DNA of 64,000 bases, from NCBI GenBank assembly GCA_030536685.1, contig JAUNPP010000003.1, forward strand, positions 706 to 64,705. Reading direction: 5' to 3'. Below the pieces are notes generated by a model that made no database searches, was not told where the DNA came from, and saw only the letters and a list, made by a program, of their open reading frames with translations. A program made the translations under genes and the position numbers. Shown here one piece after another: positions 7,688 through 15,291 of the stretch (positions are counted from its first letter, which is position 1; every line of letters begins with the position of its first letter). The stretch is from Lachnospiraceae bacterium. Lineage in GTDB: Bacteria > Bacillota > Clostridia > Lachnospirales > Lachnospiraceae.

Positions 7688-8704
7688 ATGAGAGAATTTT
7701 TAAAAAAGAAAGGTGTTGATATCAGCGTAAAAACCTATCTGGTAGATGCGATGGGTGCGATGGCATTCGGTTTGTTTGCTTCTTTGCTGATTGGCACTAT
7801 TTTTGGAACCCTGGGAGATAAGACGGGTGTGGCACTTTTTACTACAATTGAAGAATATGCAGGAACGAAGGCGGCGACAGGCCCTGCGCTTGGCGTGGCG
7901 ATTGCATATGCGCTTCATGCGCCGCAGCTGGTATTGTTTTCGGCGGCTACGGTAGGATTTGCTGGTAATGCGCTGGGAGGCCCGGTAGGCGCTCTTCTTG
8001 CAACGATTGTTGCGGTAGAGCTTGGTAAAATCGTTTCCAAGGAAACACGTATTGATATTCTGGTAACGCCGGCAGTTACTATTTTTTCAGGAACTGTAAT
8101 TGCTATGTTTGCAGGCCCCGGTGTATCAGGCTTTATGACGGCATTTGGCAATCTGATCAAAGCTGCGACAGAGATGCAGCCGTTTCTTATGGGAATTCTG
8201 GTGTCAGCGCTGGTCGGAATTGCTCTTACGCTTCCAATCAGCAGTGCGGCGATTTGCATTATGCTGTCTTTGGATGGAATCGCAGGAGGCGCTGCGACAG
8301 CAGGCTGCTGCGCCCAGATGATCGGATTTGCGGTTATGAGCTTCCGTGAAAATGGATGGGGAGGTCTGCTGGCGCAGGGAATTGGTACTTCTATGCTGCA
8401 GATTGGCAATATCGTAAAAAATCCTCTGATCTGGATTCCGCCGATTTTAACCTCTATGATCACAGGTCCGATTGCAACTGTTATTTTCAAAATGGAAAAT
8501 ATTGCGGCAGGAGCAGGTATGGGAACCTGCGGATTTGTAGGCCCGATCGGTGTTTATACGGCGATGACAAAGGGCGGTGCAGGCATGTGGGCCGGCATTC
8601 TGCTGGTATGTTTTATTTTGCCGGGAATCCTTACATTTATAATAGGAGAAGTATTCCGCAAAACAGGCTGGATTAAGGACGGCGATCTGAAACTGGATGT
8701 GTAG
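7688..8704 (+). CDS. PTS EIIC-like integral membrane protein (PfoR/COG3641-type)
   Basis: About 10 TM segments, Gly/Ala-rich. The N-terminus MREFLKKKGVDISVKTYLVDAMGAMAFGLF is recalled as typical of the orphan EIIC-like family. AGGAA SD before the ATG at 7688; alternative ATG at 7667. Confidence 0.7.
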   Translation: MREFLKKKGVDISVKTYLVDAMGAMAFGLFASLLIGTIFGTLGDKTGVALFTTIEEYAGTKAATGPALGVAIAYALHAPQLVLFSAATVGFAGNALGGPVGALLATIVAVELGKIVSKETRIDILVTPAVTIFSGTVIAMFAGPGVSGFMTAFGNLIKAATEMQPFLMGILVSALVGIALTLPISSAAICIMLSLDGIAGGAATAGCCAQMIGFAVMSFRENGWGGLLAQGIGTSMLQIGNIVKNPLIWIPPILTSMITGPIATVIFKMENIAAGAGMGTCGFVGPIGVYTAMTKGGAGMWAGILLVCFILPGILTFIIGEVFRKTGWIKDGDLKLDV

Positions 8705-8790
8705 GTGTCAGAAAAGGAATAGTGTGAAACAATGTGCAGGTGCCAGAAAAGGATAGTGTGAAACAATGTGCAGGTGTCAGAAAAGGATAT
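8697..8790. repeat. 34-35 bp tandem repeat, 2.7 copies, spanning the upstream stop codon and the dinB start region
   Basis: Units start at 8697, 8732 and 8766: ATGTG[T/C]AGGTG[T/C]CAGAAAAGGA(A)TAGTGTGAAACA. Confidence 0.9.
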
Positions 8791-10120
8791 GATGGAACGT
8801 CTTGTTTTTCATGTGGATGTAAATAGCGCTTTTTTAAGCTGGAGTTCGGCGCAGCGCCTGAAAGATGATCCGGAGGCTGAGGATCTGCGTCTGATTCCTT
8901 CGGTTGTAGGAGGAGATCCTGAGAAAAGAACCGGGGTTGTGCTGGCGAAGTCTGTGCCGGCCAGAAAGTTTGGAGTCAGAACGGGAGAACCGCTGGCACA
9001 GGCGTTTCGAAAATGTCCGGATCTGGTTGTGATTCCGCCTGATTTTCGGATTTATAAAAGGGCTTCTGCCGCTATGATGGAGATGTTGGCAGAGTATGCT
9101 CCTGTAGTGGAAAAATTCTCGATTGACGAGGCATTTCTTGATATGAGCGGGACGAATAAGCTTTATCCGGATCCGATTACATTGGCTTATGATATAAAAG
9201 ACAGAATTCACAGGGAACTGGGATTTACTGTGAATATCGGTATTTCGCAGAATAAGCTTCTGGCAAAGATGGCCAGTGATTTTGAGAAGCCGGATAAAGT
9301 ACATACGTTATTTCGCAATGAGATTCGGGAGAAGATGTGGAATCTGCCGGTCGGAGATCTTTTGTATGTGGGATATCATTCTGTGGAGAAGCTGAAACGG
9401 ATGGATATTCAGACGATTGGGCAGCTTGCATGTACACCGGAGGCTGTATTAAAGAGCGTTTTTGGCATGAAGCAGGCTCATCAGATGCACAATTATGCGA
9501 ATGGAATTGATGACAGCCCTGTAGGGGAGGGGGAAGTGGCCAATAAAGGATATGGAAATTCCGTTACACTTCCGTATGATCTGAAGCAGGCTTCAGAAGT
9601 ATATCCTGTTTTGCTGGCGCTTGCAGACAGCGTCGGAAGCCGTCTTCGGGCAGACCATATGATGGCTTCCAGTATTTCGGTCAGCTTAAAGGACAATACT
9701 TTTCACACGATTTCACATCAGGCAACTTTGCCGGAAAGCACGGATATTACCGATGTGATCTACGAAATGTCTGTGGAACTGTTTGATCAGCTCTGGGACT
9801 GTAAAACGCCGATCCGTCTGCTTGGAATCTCAGCGGGAAAGGCGGAGGAAGCCGGGTATTATCAATATACTTTGTTTGATGAGCAGAAAAGACAGAAGGT
9901 GCGCTCGTTAGACCGTATGGTGGATACGATTCGGAATCGTTATGGAGATGGTGCGCTCAAGAGAGGAACCTTGCTGGATGCGGCGCAGACAGAGCGGGTT
10001 GGGCGTAAACATCGCCGGGAGAACCCGGAAGAAGTTATGAAAAACAGGAAGAAAGAAAAGCAGCAGGATGAAACAGCTGGAAATCGTGAAGCAGCCGAAA
10101 CGCATGAAACAGAGGAATAG
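8789..10120 (+). CDS. dinB: DNA polymerase IV (Y-family, DinB) with a K/E-rich C-terminal tail
   Basis: HVDVNSAFLS and FSIDEAFLDMSG catalytic motifs, plus little-finger region. The start is uncertain (ATG at 8789 or 8792; the track GTG at 8768 lies inside the repeat). Confidence 0.9.
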   Translation: MMERLVFHVDVNSAFLSWSSAQRLKDDPEAEDLRLIPSVVGGDPEKRTGVVLAKSVPARKFGVRTGEPLAQAFRKCPDLVVIPPDFRIYKRASAAMMEMLAEYAPVVEKFSIDEAFLDMSGTNKLYPDPITLAYDIKDRIHRELGFTVNIGISQNKLLAKMASDFEKPDKVHTLFRNEIREKMWNLPVGDLLYVGYHSVEKLKRMDIQTIGQLACTPEAVLKSVFGMKQAHQMHNYANGIDDSPVGEGEVANKGYGNSVTLPYDLKQASEVYPVLLALADSVGSRLRADHMMASSISVSLKDNTFHTISHQATLPESTDITDVIYEMSVELFDQLWDCKTPIRLLGISAGKAEEAGYYQYTLFDEQKRQKVRSLDRMVDTIRNRYGDGALKRGTLLDAAQTERVGRKHRRENPEEVMKNRKKEKQQDETAGNREAAETHETEE

Positions 10121-10145
10121 CATGTATCAGAGGAATGGCATGTAT
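10110..10145. repeat. 18-bp perfect-length tandem duplication covering the dinB stop and the next gene's SD plus ATG
   Basis: CAGAGGAATAGCATGTAT / CAGAGGAATGGCATGTAT. Confidence 0.9.
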
Positions 10146-10760
10146 CAGGAAGAAGATGGATTTAAGTATGCGATCTGGGACTTGGATGGTACACTTTTAG
10201 ATTCCCTGTCAGTCTGGCTGACTCTGGCCAGACGTTATCTGGAGCAGCTTGGAATAACGGATATACCGCAGGAGCTGGAAGCGATAGTAGATCCTATGTC
10301 ATTGGAAGAATCAGCGGACTATCTGAGAAACCGGTTTAGGCTGCCATTTGACAGAACGGAGATTATCAGCCAGTTTATGTCACTGGTGCGCAGATTGTAT
10401 GAGGAGGAGATTCCTTTTTTTGAAGAAGCAAGAAACCGGGTTCTTTCTCTGTATGACAGAGGATGCCGCATGTGCGTTCTGACCACTACAGATACATATT
10501 GTGCTGCAGCGGCTTTGAAGCGGGGAGGCATCTGGCACTGTTTTGAGCAGGTGTATACCTGCAGTGATTTGAAGCTGAATAAACGGGGACCGGAGATCTA
10601 TATGGAAACCTGTAAGCGGATGGGCTTTGAACCGGAAGAAACAGTGATCTATGAGGATGCAGATTATGCGCTGGAAAGCGCTGGAAAATCAGGCTGCCAG
10701 GTGATCAATGCAGAGATTTTTTATAAAGCAGGGTCTAATTCTAAAAAAAATAGAAACTAA
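10122..10760 (+). CDS. HAD-superfamily hydrolase
   Basis: DxDGT motif WDLDGTLLDS, then motif II/III-like regions. Two equivalent starts (10122 and 10140) were created by the 18-bp duplication. Confidence 0.8.
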   Translation: MYQRNGMYQEEDGFKYAIWDLDGTLLDSLSVWLTLARRYLEQLGITDIPQELEAIVDPMSLEESADYLRNRFRLPFDRTEIISQFMSLVRRLYEEEIPFFEEARNRVLSLYDRGCRMCVLTTTDTYCAAAALKRGGIWHCFEQVYTCSDLKLNKRGPEIYMETCKRMGFEPEETVIYEDADYALESAGKSGCQVINAEIFYKAGSNSKKNRN

Positions 10761-11002
10761 ATAAAATAAAACTTTTCGAGAATGTTCATAAATCATTCAA
10801 ATATAAGTCACAGTATCATCACAAAAGTCCTGTATGATATAGACATAAACAAAAACAAAGAAAAACAAAACAACAACAATAAAAAAAACACCAAAAACAA
10901 CAACAGAATAACGTTGGATGATAACGAACCGGTTCCGGCCGGGGGATGAATTAGATTATAAGTTTTATTTTGATAAATTTTTCATAACTTTCTCCTTTCA
11001 AT

Positions 11003-11038
11003 AAACAGGGCAGCGAACAGGCTGCCCTGTTTATTTTG
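11003..11038 (+). terminator. intrinsic terminator
   Basis: 12-bp stem AAACAGGGCAGC / GCTGCCCTGTTT, 6-nt loop, ATTTTGG tail. Confidence 0.75.
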
Positions 11039-11053
11039 GAAATCGATAAGACT

Positions 11054-11128
11054 CCCGTTTGACAGATATTGTAATGTACCCGTTTGGCAGATATTGTAAT
11101 GTATCCGTTTCGCAGACGTTATAATGTG
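11054..11128. repeat. 25-bp tandem repeat x3 upstream of the Nudix gene
   Basis: CCCGTTTGACAGATATTGTAATGTA / CCCGTTTGGCAGATATTGTAATGTA / TCCGTTTCGCAGACGTTATAATGTG. Confidence 0.9.
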
Positions 11129-11208
11129 GCTTGACGAGCGCAGCAGGAAACGGTATTCTTGAGTAGAAGAATTTTGAATTGCCGTATGATCAACAGGAGG
11201 AGCAAAAA

Positions 11209-11895
11209 ATGGGAATTGTCAGGAAAATCACACAGGAAACAAAACATCGTTTTTTGAATTTTTTTACGATGGACGTAACACATAAGAATGGAAAAGAGGC
11301 ACAGTATTTTCTGGCTTCCCGCGCGCAGAGGCTGGAAGATTTAAAGGCTGTTACGCATGAAAATCATGCAGACGGAGTGGTGATCTACAGTGTGCATTCT
11401 CCGGGCAGAGATGGAGCAGGGAATCTGCAGCTGCCAAAAAACGGAAAAAATGTGCACATCTGCGGGGATGCGAAAAGCGATAAGGTTGTATTGATCCGTC
11501 AGTATCGTTATCCGATCGATGGGTATGTCTATGAATTTCCGGCGGGACTTGTGGAACCGGGTGAAGATTTTAATGAAGCGGCTGTGCGGGAGATGAAAGA
11601 GGAGACGGGACTGGAACTGGAGCCGATTTCTGTATCAAAGATTTACAGTGAACCCCGTTTTACTACGGTGGGAATGACTGATGAATCCTGTGCAACCGTT
11701 TATGGCTATGTCAGCGGAGAATGCAGCATTAAAGGTCTGGAAGAATCCGAAGAACTGGAAATTGTTCTGGCCGATAAAAAGGAGGTGCGCCGCATCCTGA
11801 AGGAAGAACGGGTTGCGCTGATGTGCGCCTATATGATGATGCATTTTCTTCATGCGCAGGAAGGGGAAGCCTTTGAATTCCTGGAGGAGGAATAG
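11209..11895 (+). CDS. Nudix hydrolase (ADP-ribose pyrophosphatase-like)
   Basis: Nudix box GLVEPGEDFNEAAVREMKEETGL. AGGAGGAG SD before the ATG at 11209. Confidence 0.85.
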   Translation: MGIVRKITQETKHRFLNFFTMDVTHKNGKEAQYFLASRAQRLEDLKAVTHENHADGVVIYSVHSPGRDGAGNLQLPKNGKNVHICGDAKSDKVVLIRQYRYPIDGYVYEFPAGLVEPGEDFNEAAVREMKEETGLELEPISVSKIYSEPRFTTVGMTDESCATVYGYVSGECSIKGLEESEELEIVLADKKEVRRILKEERVALMCAYMMMHFLHAQEGEAFEFLEEE

Positions 11896-12083
11896 TCTGC
11901 CGCTGCATAAAAATCCGGTAAAAGCAGGATAAAGAGGACGTAACAGAACCGTAAAATAATGTGAATAGCAGCGCTATGGATTGCTCCTGAAATTAAGGTG
12001 TGATATACTACCCGGGTGGACAGACGACAGGCTGTCCGTTTGTTAACCCGGCCCTGAGGGCAGAAAGGAAAAGGGATATACTT

Positions 12084-13181
12084 ATGAAATATGATTATCT
12101 GATTGTCGGTTCCGGTTTATTTGGCTCTGTTTTTGCGTATGAAGCAAAAAAGAAGGGGAAAAAATGTCTGGTAATTGACAAACGAAGCCATATTGGAGGC
12201 AATATTTATACAGAAAAAGTTGAAGATATTAATGTACACAAATATGGAGCACATATTTTTCATACCAGTGATAAAAAAATATGGGAATACATGAATCAGT
12301 TTGCGGAGTTTAATAATTATATTAATTCTCCTGTTGCTGTTTATAAAGACGAATTATACAATCTTCCATTTAATATGAATACTTTCAGCAAGATGTGGGG
12401 AATTCGCACTCCTGCTGAGGCAAAGGCTGTTATTGAAAAGCAGATTGCGGATCTGAATATTGAAGAACCGAAGAATCTGGAAGAACAGGCGCTTTCATTG
12501 GCCGGCCGCGATGTTTATGAGAAGCTGGTAAAGGGCTATACGGAAAAGCAGTGGGGTCGCAGCTGTACAGAGCTGCCTGCGTTTATTATCAAACGTCTGC
12601 CGCTGCGTTTTACATATGACAACAATTATTTTAACGACCGTTTTCAGGGAATTCCGATGGGCGGCTACACCGCAATTATTGAGAAGATGCTGGAAGGAAC
12701 TGAGGTCAGAACTGATACGGATTATTTTGAATTTATCAGGGAAAATCCCGATATTGCAGAGAAAACCCTGTTTACAGGTATGATCGATGAGTATTTTGGC
12801 TACTGTTATGGTCCGCTGCAGTATCGCTCTGTACGTTTCGAGACCGAGGTGCTGGACTGCGATAATTATCAGGGCAATGCGGTCGTGAATTATACGGAGA
12901 GAGAGGTTCCGTATACCCGCATCATCGAACATAAGCATTTTGAATTTGGCAAACAGCCGAAAACCGTTATTTCAAGAGAGTATTCCTCTGAATGGACTCA
13001 GGGCATGGAACCGTATTACCCGGTTAATAATGATGAAAATAATGCATTATATGAAAGATACCGTGAGCTGGCAGAGAAAGAGGGAAATGTGATCTTTGGC
13101 GGAAGACTGGGCCATTATAAATATTATGATATGGATAAGGTTGTCGCTGCCGCACTGGAATGTGTGCATAAAGAGTTATAA
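12084..13181 (+). CDS. glf: UDP-galactopyranose mutase
   Basis: N-terminal FAD fold MKYDYLIVGSGLFGSVFA. The conserved GGNIYT, HIFHT and YPVN blocks are typical of Glf. Size 365 aa. Confidence 0.9.
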   Translation: MKYDYLIVGSGLFGSVFAYEAKKKGKKCLVIDKRSHIGGNIYTEKVEDINVHKYGAHIFHTSDKKIWEYMNQFAEFNNYINSPVAVYKDELYNLPFNMNTFSKMWGIRTPAEAKAVIEKQIADLNIEEPKNLEEQALSLAGRDVYEKLVKGYTEKQWGRSCTELPAFIIKRLPLRFTYDNNYFNDRFQGIPMGGYTAIIEKMLEGTEVRTDTDYFEFIRENPDIAEKTLFTGMIDEYFGYCYGPLQYRSVRFETEVLDCDNYQGNAVVNYTEREVPYTRIIEHKHFEFGKQPKTVISREYSSEWTQGMEPYYPVNNDENNALYERYRELAEKEGNVIFGGRLGHYKYYDMDKVVAAALECVHKEL

Positions 13182-13186
13182 ATAGT

Positions 13187-15223
13187 ATGTTATATCAGAT
13201 TCAGGATGGAACCGTTTCACTGGGAGGTGAAACGATTCTTTCGCATTTTGATTTTGAAATCCGCGGTCGGGAAAGAATTGCAGTCGTCGGAAAGAATGGC
13301 GCAGGAAAAACGACGCTTTTAAGGCTTCTTTCCGGACAACTGCAGCTTGACCGGGATGACAGGCGGGCGTGTCCGGGCATACAGACAGCCCGTCGTTTTA
13401 CGATTGGTTTTCTTCCACAGCAGGTGTTTTCGCAGGAAGGCGATTCGGACAGAACGGTGGAGGAAGAGCTTTTGCGGGTCTGCCCGTGCAAAGATACCTG
13501 GGACAAAGAACGTTTTCTTTATGAACAGGAATATGACAGGCTGTTTACGGGATTTGGATTTGCAAAACAGGATAAACAGAAAAAACTGTCGGAATTTTCG
13601 GGCGGACAGAGAATGCGGATTGCTTTGATTCGCCTGATGCTGGAAAAGCCGGATGTTCTTTTGCTGGATGAGCCGACGAATCACCTGGATGAGAAGATGC
13701 TTGAGTGGCTGGAGGAATGGATCATATCTTATGAAAAAGCGGTTGTTATGGTTTCACACGACCGCTTTTTTCTCGACCGTACAGCGGAGGTTATTTATGA
13801 GCTGACCGAAAGAAAGCTGGTTCGCTATGTCGGCAATTATTCTTCTTTTGTGGAACAGAAGCAAAAAAAGCAGCAGATTCTTAAAAAAGAATGGGAACGC
13901 CAGCGGGCCGAGGAGGAGCGGCTGAATGATCTGATCAGAAAATTCCGCAATAAGCCGCGCAAAGCTGCATTTGCCAGGTCGAGACAGAAACTTTTGGAGC
14001 GAATGGAGAAGCTGGAAAAACCGTCTTCAGAAGAAATTCGTCCATTTTTTAAAGAAATTATCCCGCAGGTCATCAGCGCAAAATATGTGCTGGAAATGGA
14101 GGAGCTGCAGATTGGCTATGGAGAGGCGCTTTCGGAGATGCTTCAGAAAATCACTCTCAGGATTCGCAGAGGGCAGAAAATTGGGATTATCGGCCCTAAC
14201 GGAATTGGAAAAAGCACATTTTTAAAAACCGCTGCAGGTCTGATTCTGCCGGTGGAGGGTAAGCTGCGCCGCGGCGAGCGGGTGGTTATGGAATACTTTG
14301 ACCAGCAGACGGCATCTATTGAATCAGAAGATACGGTAAAAGAACATTTTCAATCACAATATCCGTCTTTGACCGAGAAAGAAGCGCGTTCTGTTCTGGG
14401 GCAGTGGATGTTTGGCGGAAAGATGGCGGCAAGGCCGGTCAACCGGCTCTCCGGTGGGGAAAAATCCCGTTTAAGATTTGCAGAAATTTTTCAGAACTGT
14501 CCTAATTTTATGATACTCGATGAACCGACCAACCATATGGACATTCAGGCAAGAGAAATGCTGGAATCTGCATTGCGGGCCTATCAGGGAACGCTTCTTT
14601 TTGTATCGCATGATCGCTATTTTATCAGCCGGGTGGCAGATGCCCTTCTGGTATTTGAAAAAAATCAGATCATTTATTATCCTTTTGGGTATGAACATTA
14701 TCTGCAAAGGCTGCGCAGAGCGGTGAAATCAAAGCCGGATACAGCTAAGGCCCTGCTCTCGGGGGCAGGGATGCGGCCCGAGGATCGTGCGCTGATGGAG
14801 GAAGTAAAGAATGTACCGCAGGCCGAAAAAGGACGTTTCCAGAGAATCTCCACAGAACAGGCGTACAGCGAATGGAAGCTTGGACTGGCAGAGGAGGATG
14901 TGGAAGCGGCAGCTGAAAAAGTATATCAGCTGGAAGAAGAAATCCAAAAGCTGCAGATGCAGGAAATCGCAGATGGCGCGGCAAGGGCGGAAACTGTGAA
15001 AGCTGTGAAAACAGCGGAAATAGCAGATATAGCGGAAACAACAGATGCAGTGAAAACAGCGGATATAGCGGAAGCAGCAGATGCGGTGGAAACGGCGGAA
15101 TCTGTGGAAATGCAAAAACTGCTCCTGCGCCTGAAAGAGGCGCAGGAGCAGTGGACCGAAAAATGTATTGTCTGGTATAAAGAAGATATTCTTCTGAAAG
15201 AGACACCCGATGAAAGTCAATAA
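13187..15223 (+). CDS. ABC-F family ATPase with a repeat-rich acidic C-terminal extension
   Basis: Two NBDs (GKNGAGKTT/FSGGQRMR/LLLDEPTNHLD and GPNGIGKST/LSGGEKSR/MILDEPTNHMD). K/R-rich linker. No TM domain. Confidence 0.9.
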   Translation: MLYQIQDGTVSLGGETILSHFDFEIRGRERIAVVGKNGAGKTTLLRLLSGQLQLDRDDRRACPGIQTARRFTIGFLPQQVFSQEGDSDRTVEEELLRVCPCKDTWDKERFLYEQEYDRLFTGFGFAKQDKQKKLSEFSGGQRMRIALIRLMLEKPDVLLLDEPTNHLDEKMLEWLEEWIISYEKAVVMVSHDRFFLDRTAEVIYELTERKLVRYVGNYSSFVEQKQKKQQILKKEWERQRAEEERLNDLIRKFRNKPRKAAFARSRQKLLERMEKLEKPSSEEIRPFFKEIIPQVISAKYVLEMEELQIGYGEALSEMLQKITLRIRRGQKIGIIGPNGIGKSTFLKTAAGLILPVEGKLRRGERVVMEYFDQQTASIESEDTVKEHFQSQYPSLTEKEARSVLGQWMFGGKMAARPVNRLSGGEKSRLRFAEIFQNCPNFMILDEPTNHMDIQAREMLESALRAYQGTLLFVSHDRYFISRVADALLVFEKNQIIYYPFGYEHYLQRLRRAVKSKPDTAKALLSGAGMRPEDRALMEEVKNVPQAEKGRFQRISTEQAYSEWKLGLAEEDVEAAAEKVYQLEEEIQKLQMQEIADGAARAETVKAVKTAEIADIAETTDAVKTADIAEAADAVETAESVEMQKLLLRLKEAQEQWTEKCIVWYKEDILLKETPDESQ

Positions 15224-15275
15224 AGGTCAATGACAATAAATGAAGGTCAATGACAACAGATGAAGGTCAATGACA
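15209..15275. repeat. 20-bp tandem repeat x3.5 starting inside the last codons of the ABC-F gene
   Basis: AGGTCAATGACA at 15224, 15244 and 15264. The gene end GATGAAAGTCAATAA resembles the unit GATGAAGGTCAATGA. Confidence 0.85.
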
Positions 15276-15291
15276 GCTGCGGGCTGTCGGG

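Noticed and set aside
7915-8490. 191-aa minus-strand ORF.
   Set aside because: It is antisense to the EIIC-like membrane protein gene. A Gly/Ala-rich sense strand gives a long open antisense frame, and there are no translation signals.
10926-10942. CGAACCGGTTCCGG considered as a LexA (Cheo-type GAAC-N4-GTTC) box near dinB.
   Set aside because: The GAAC and GTTC halves are only 2 nt apart instead of 4. The site is also 800 bp downstream of the dinB stop rather than in its promoter.
14729-15236. Two overlapping 163-aa minus-strand ORFs with repetitive F/C/R or P/L-rich sequence.
   Set aside because: They are antisense to the repeat-rich C-terminal tail of the ABC-F gene. Their periodicity simply mirrors the sense-strand tandem repeats.
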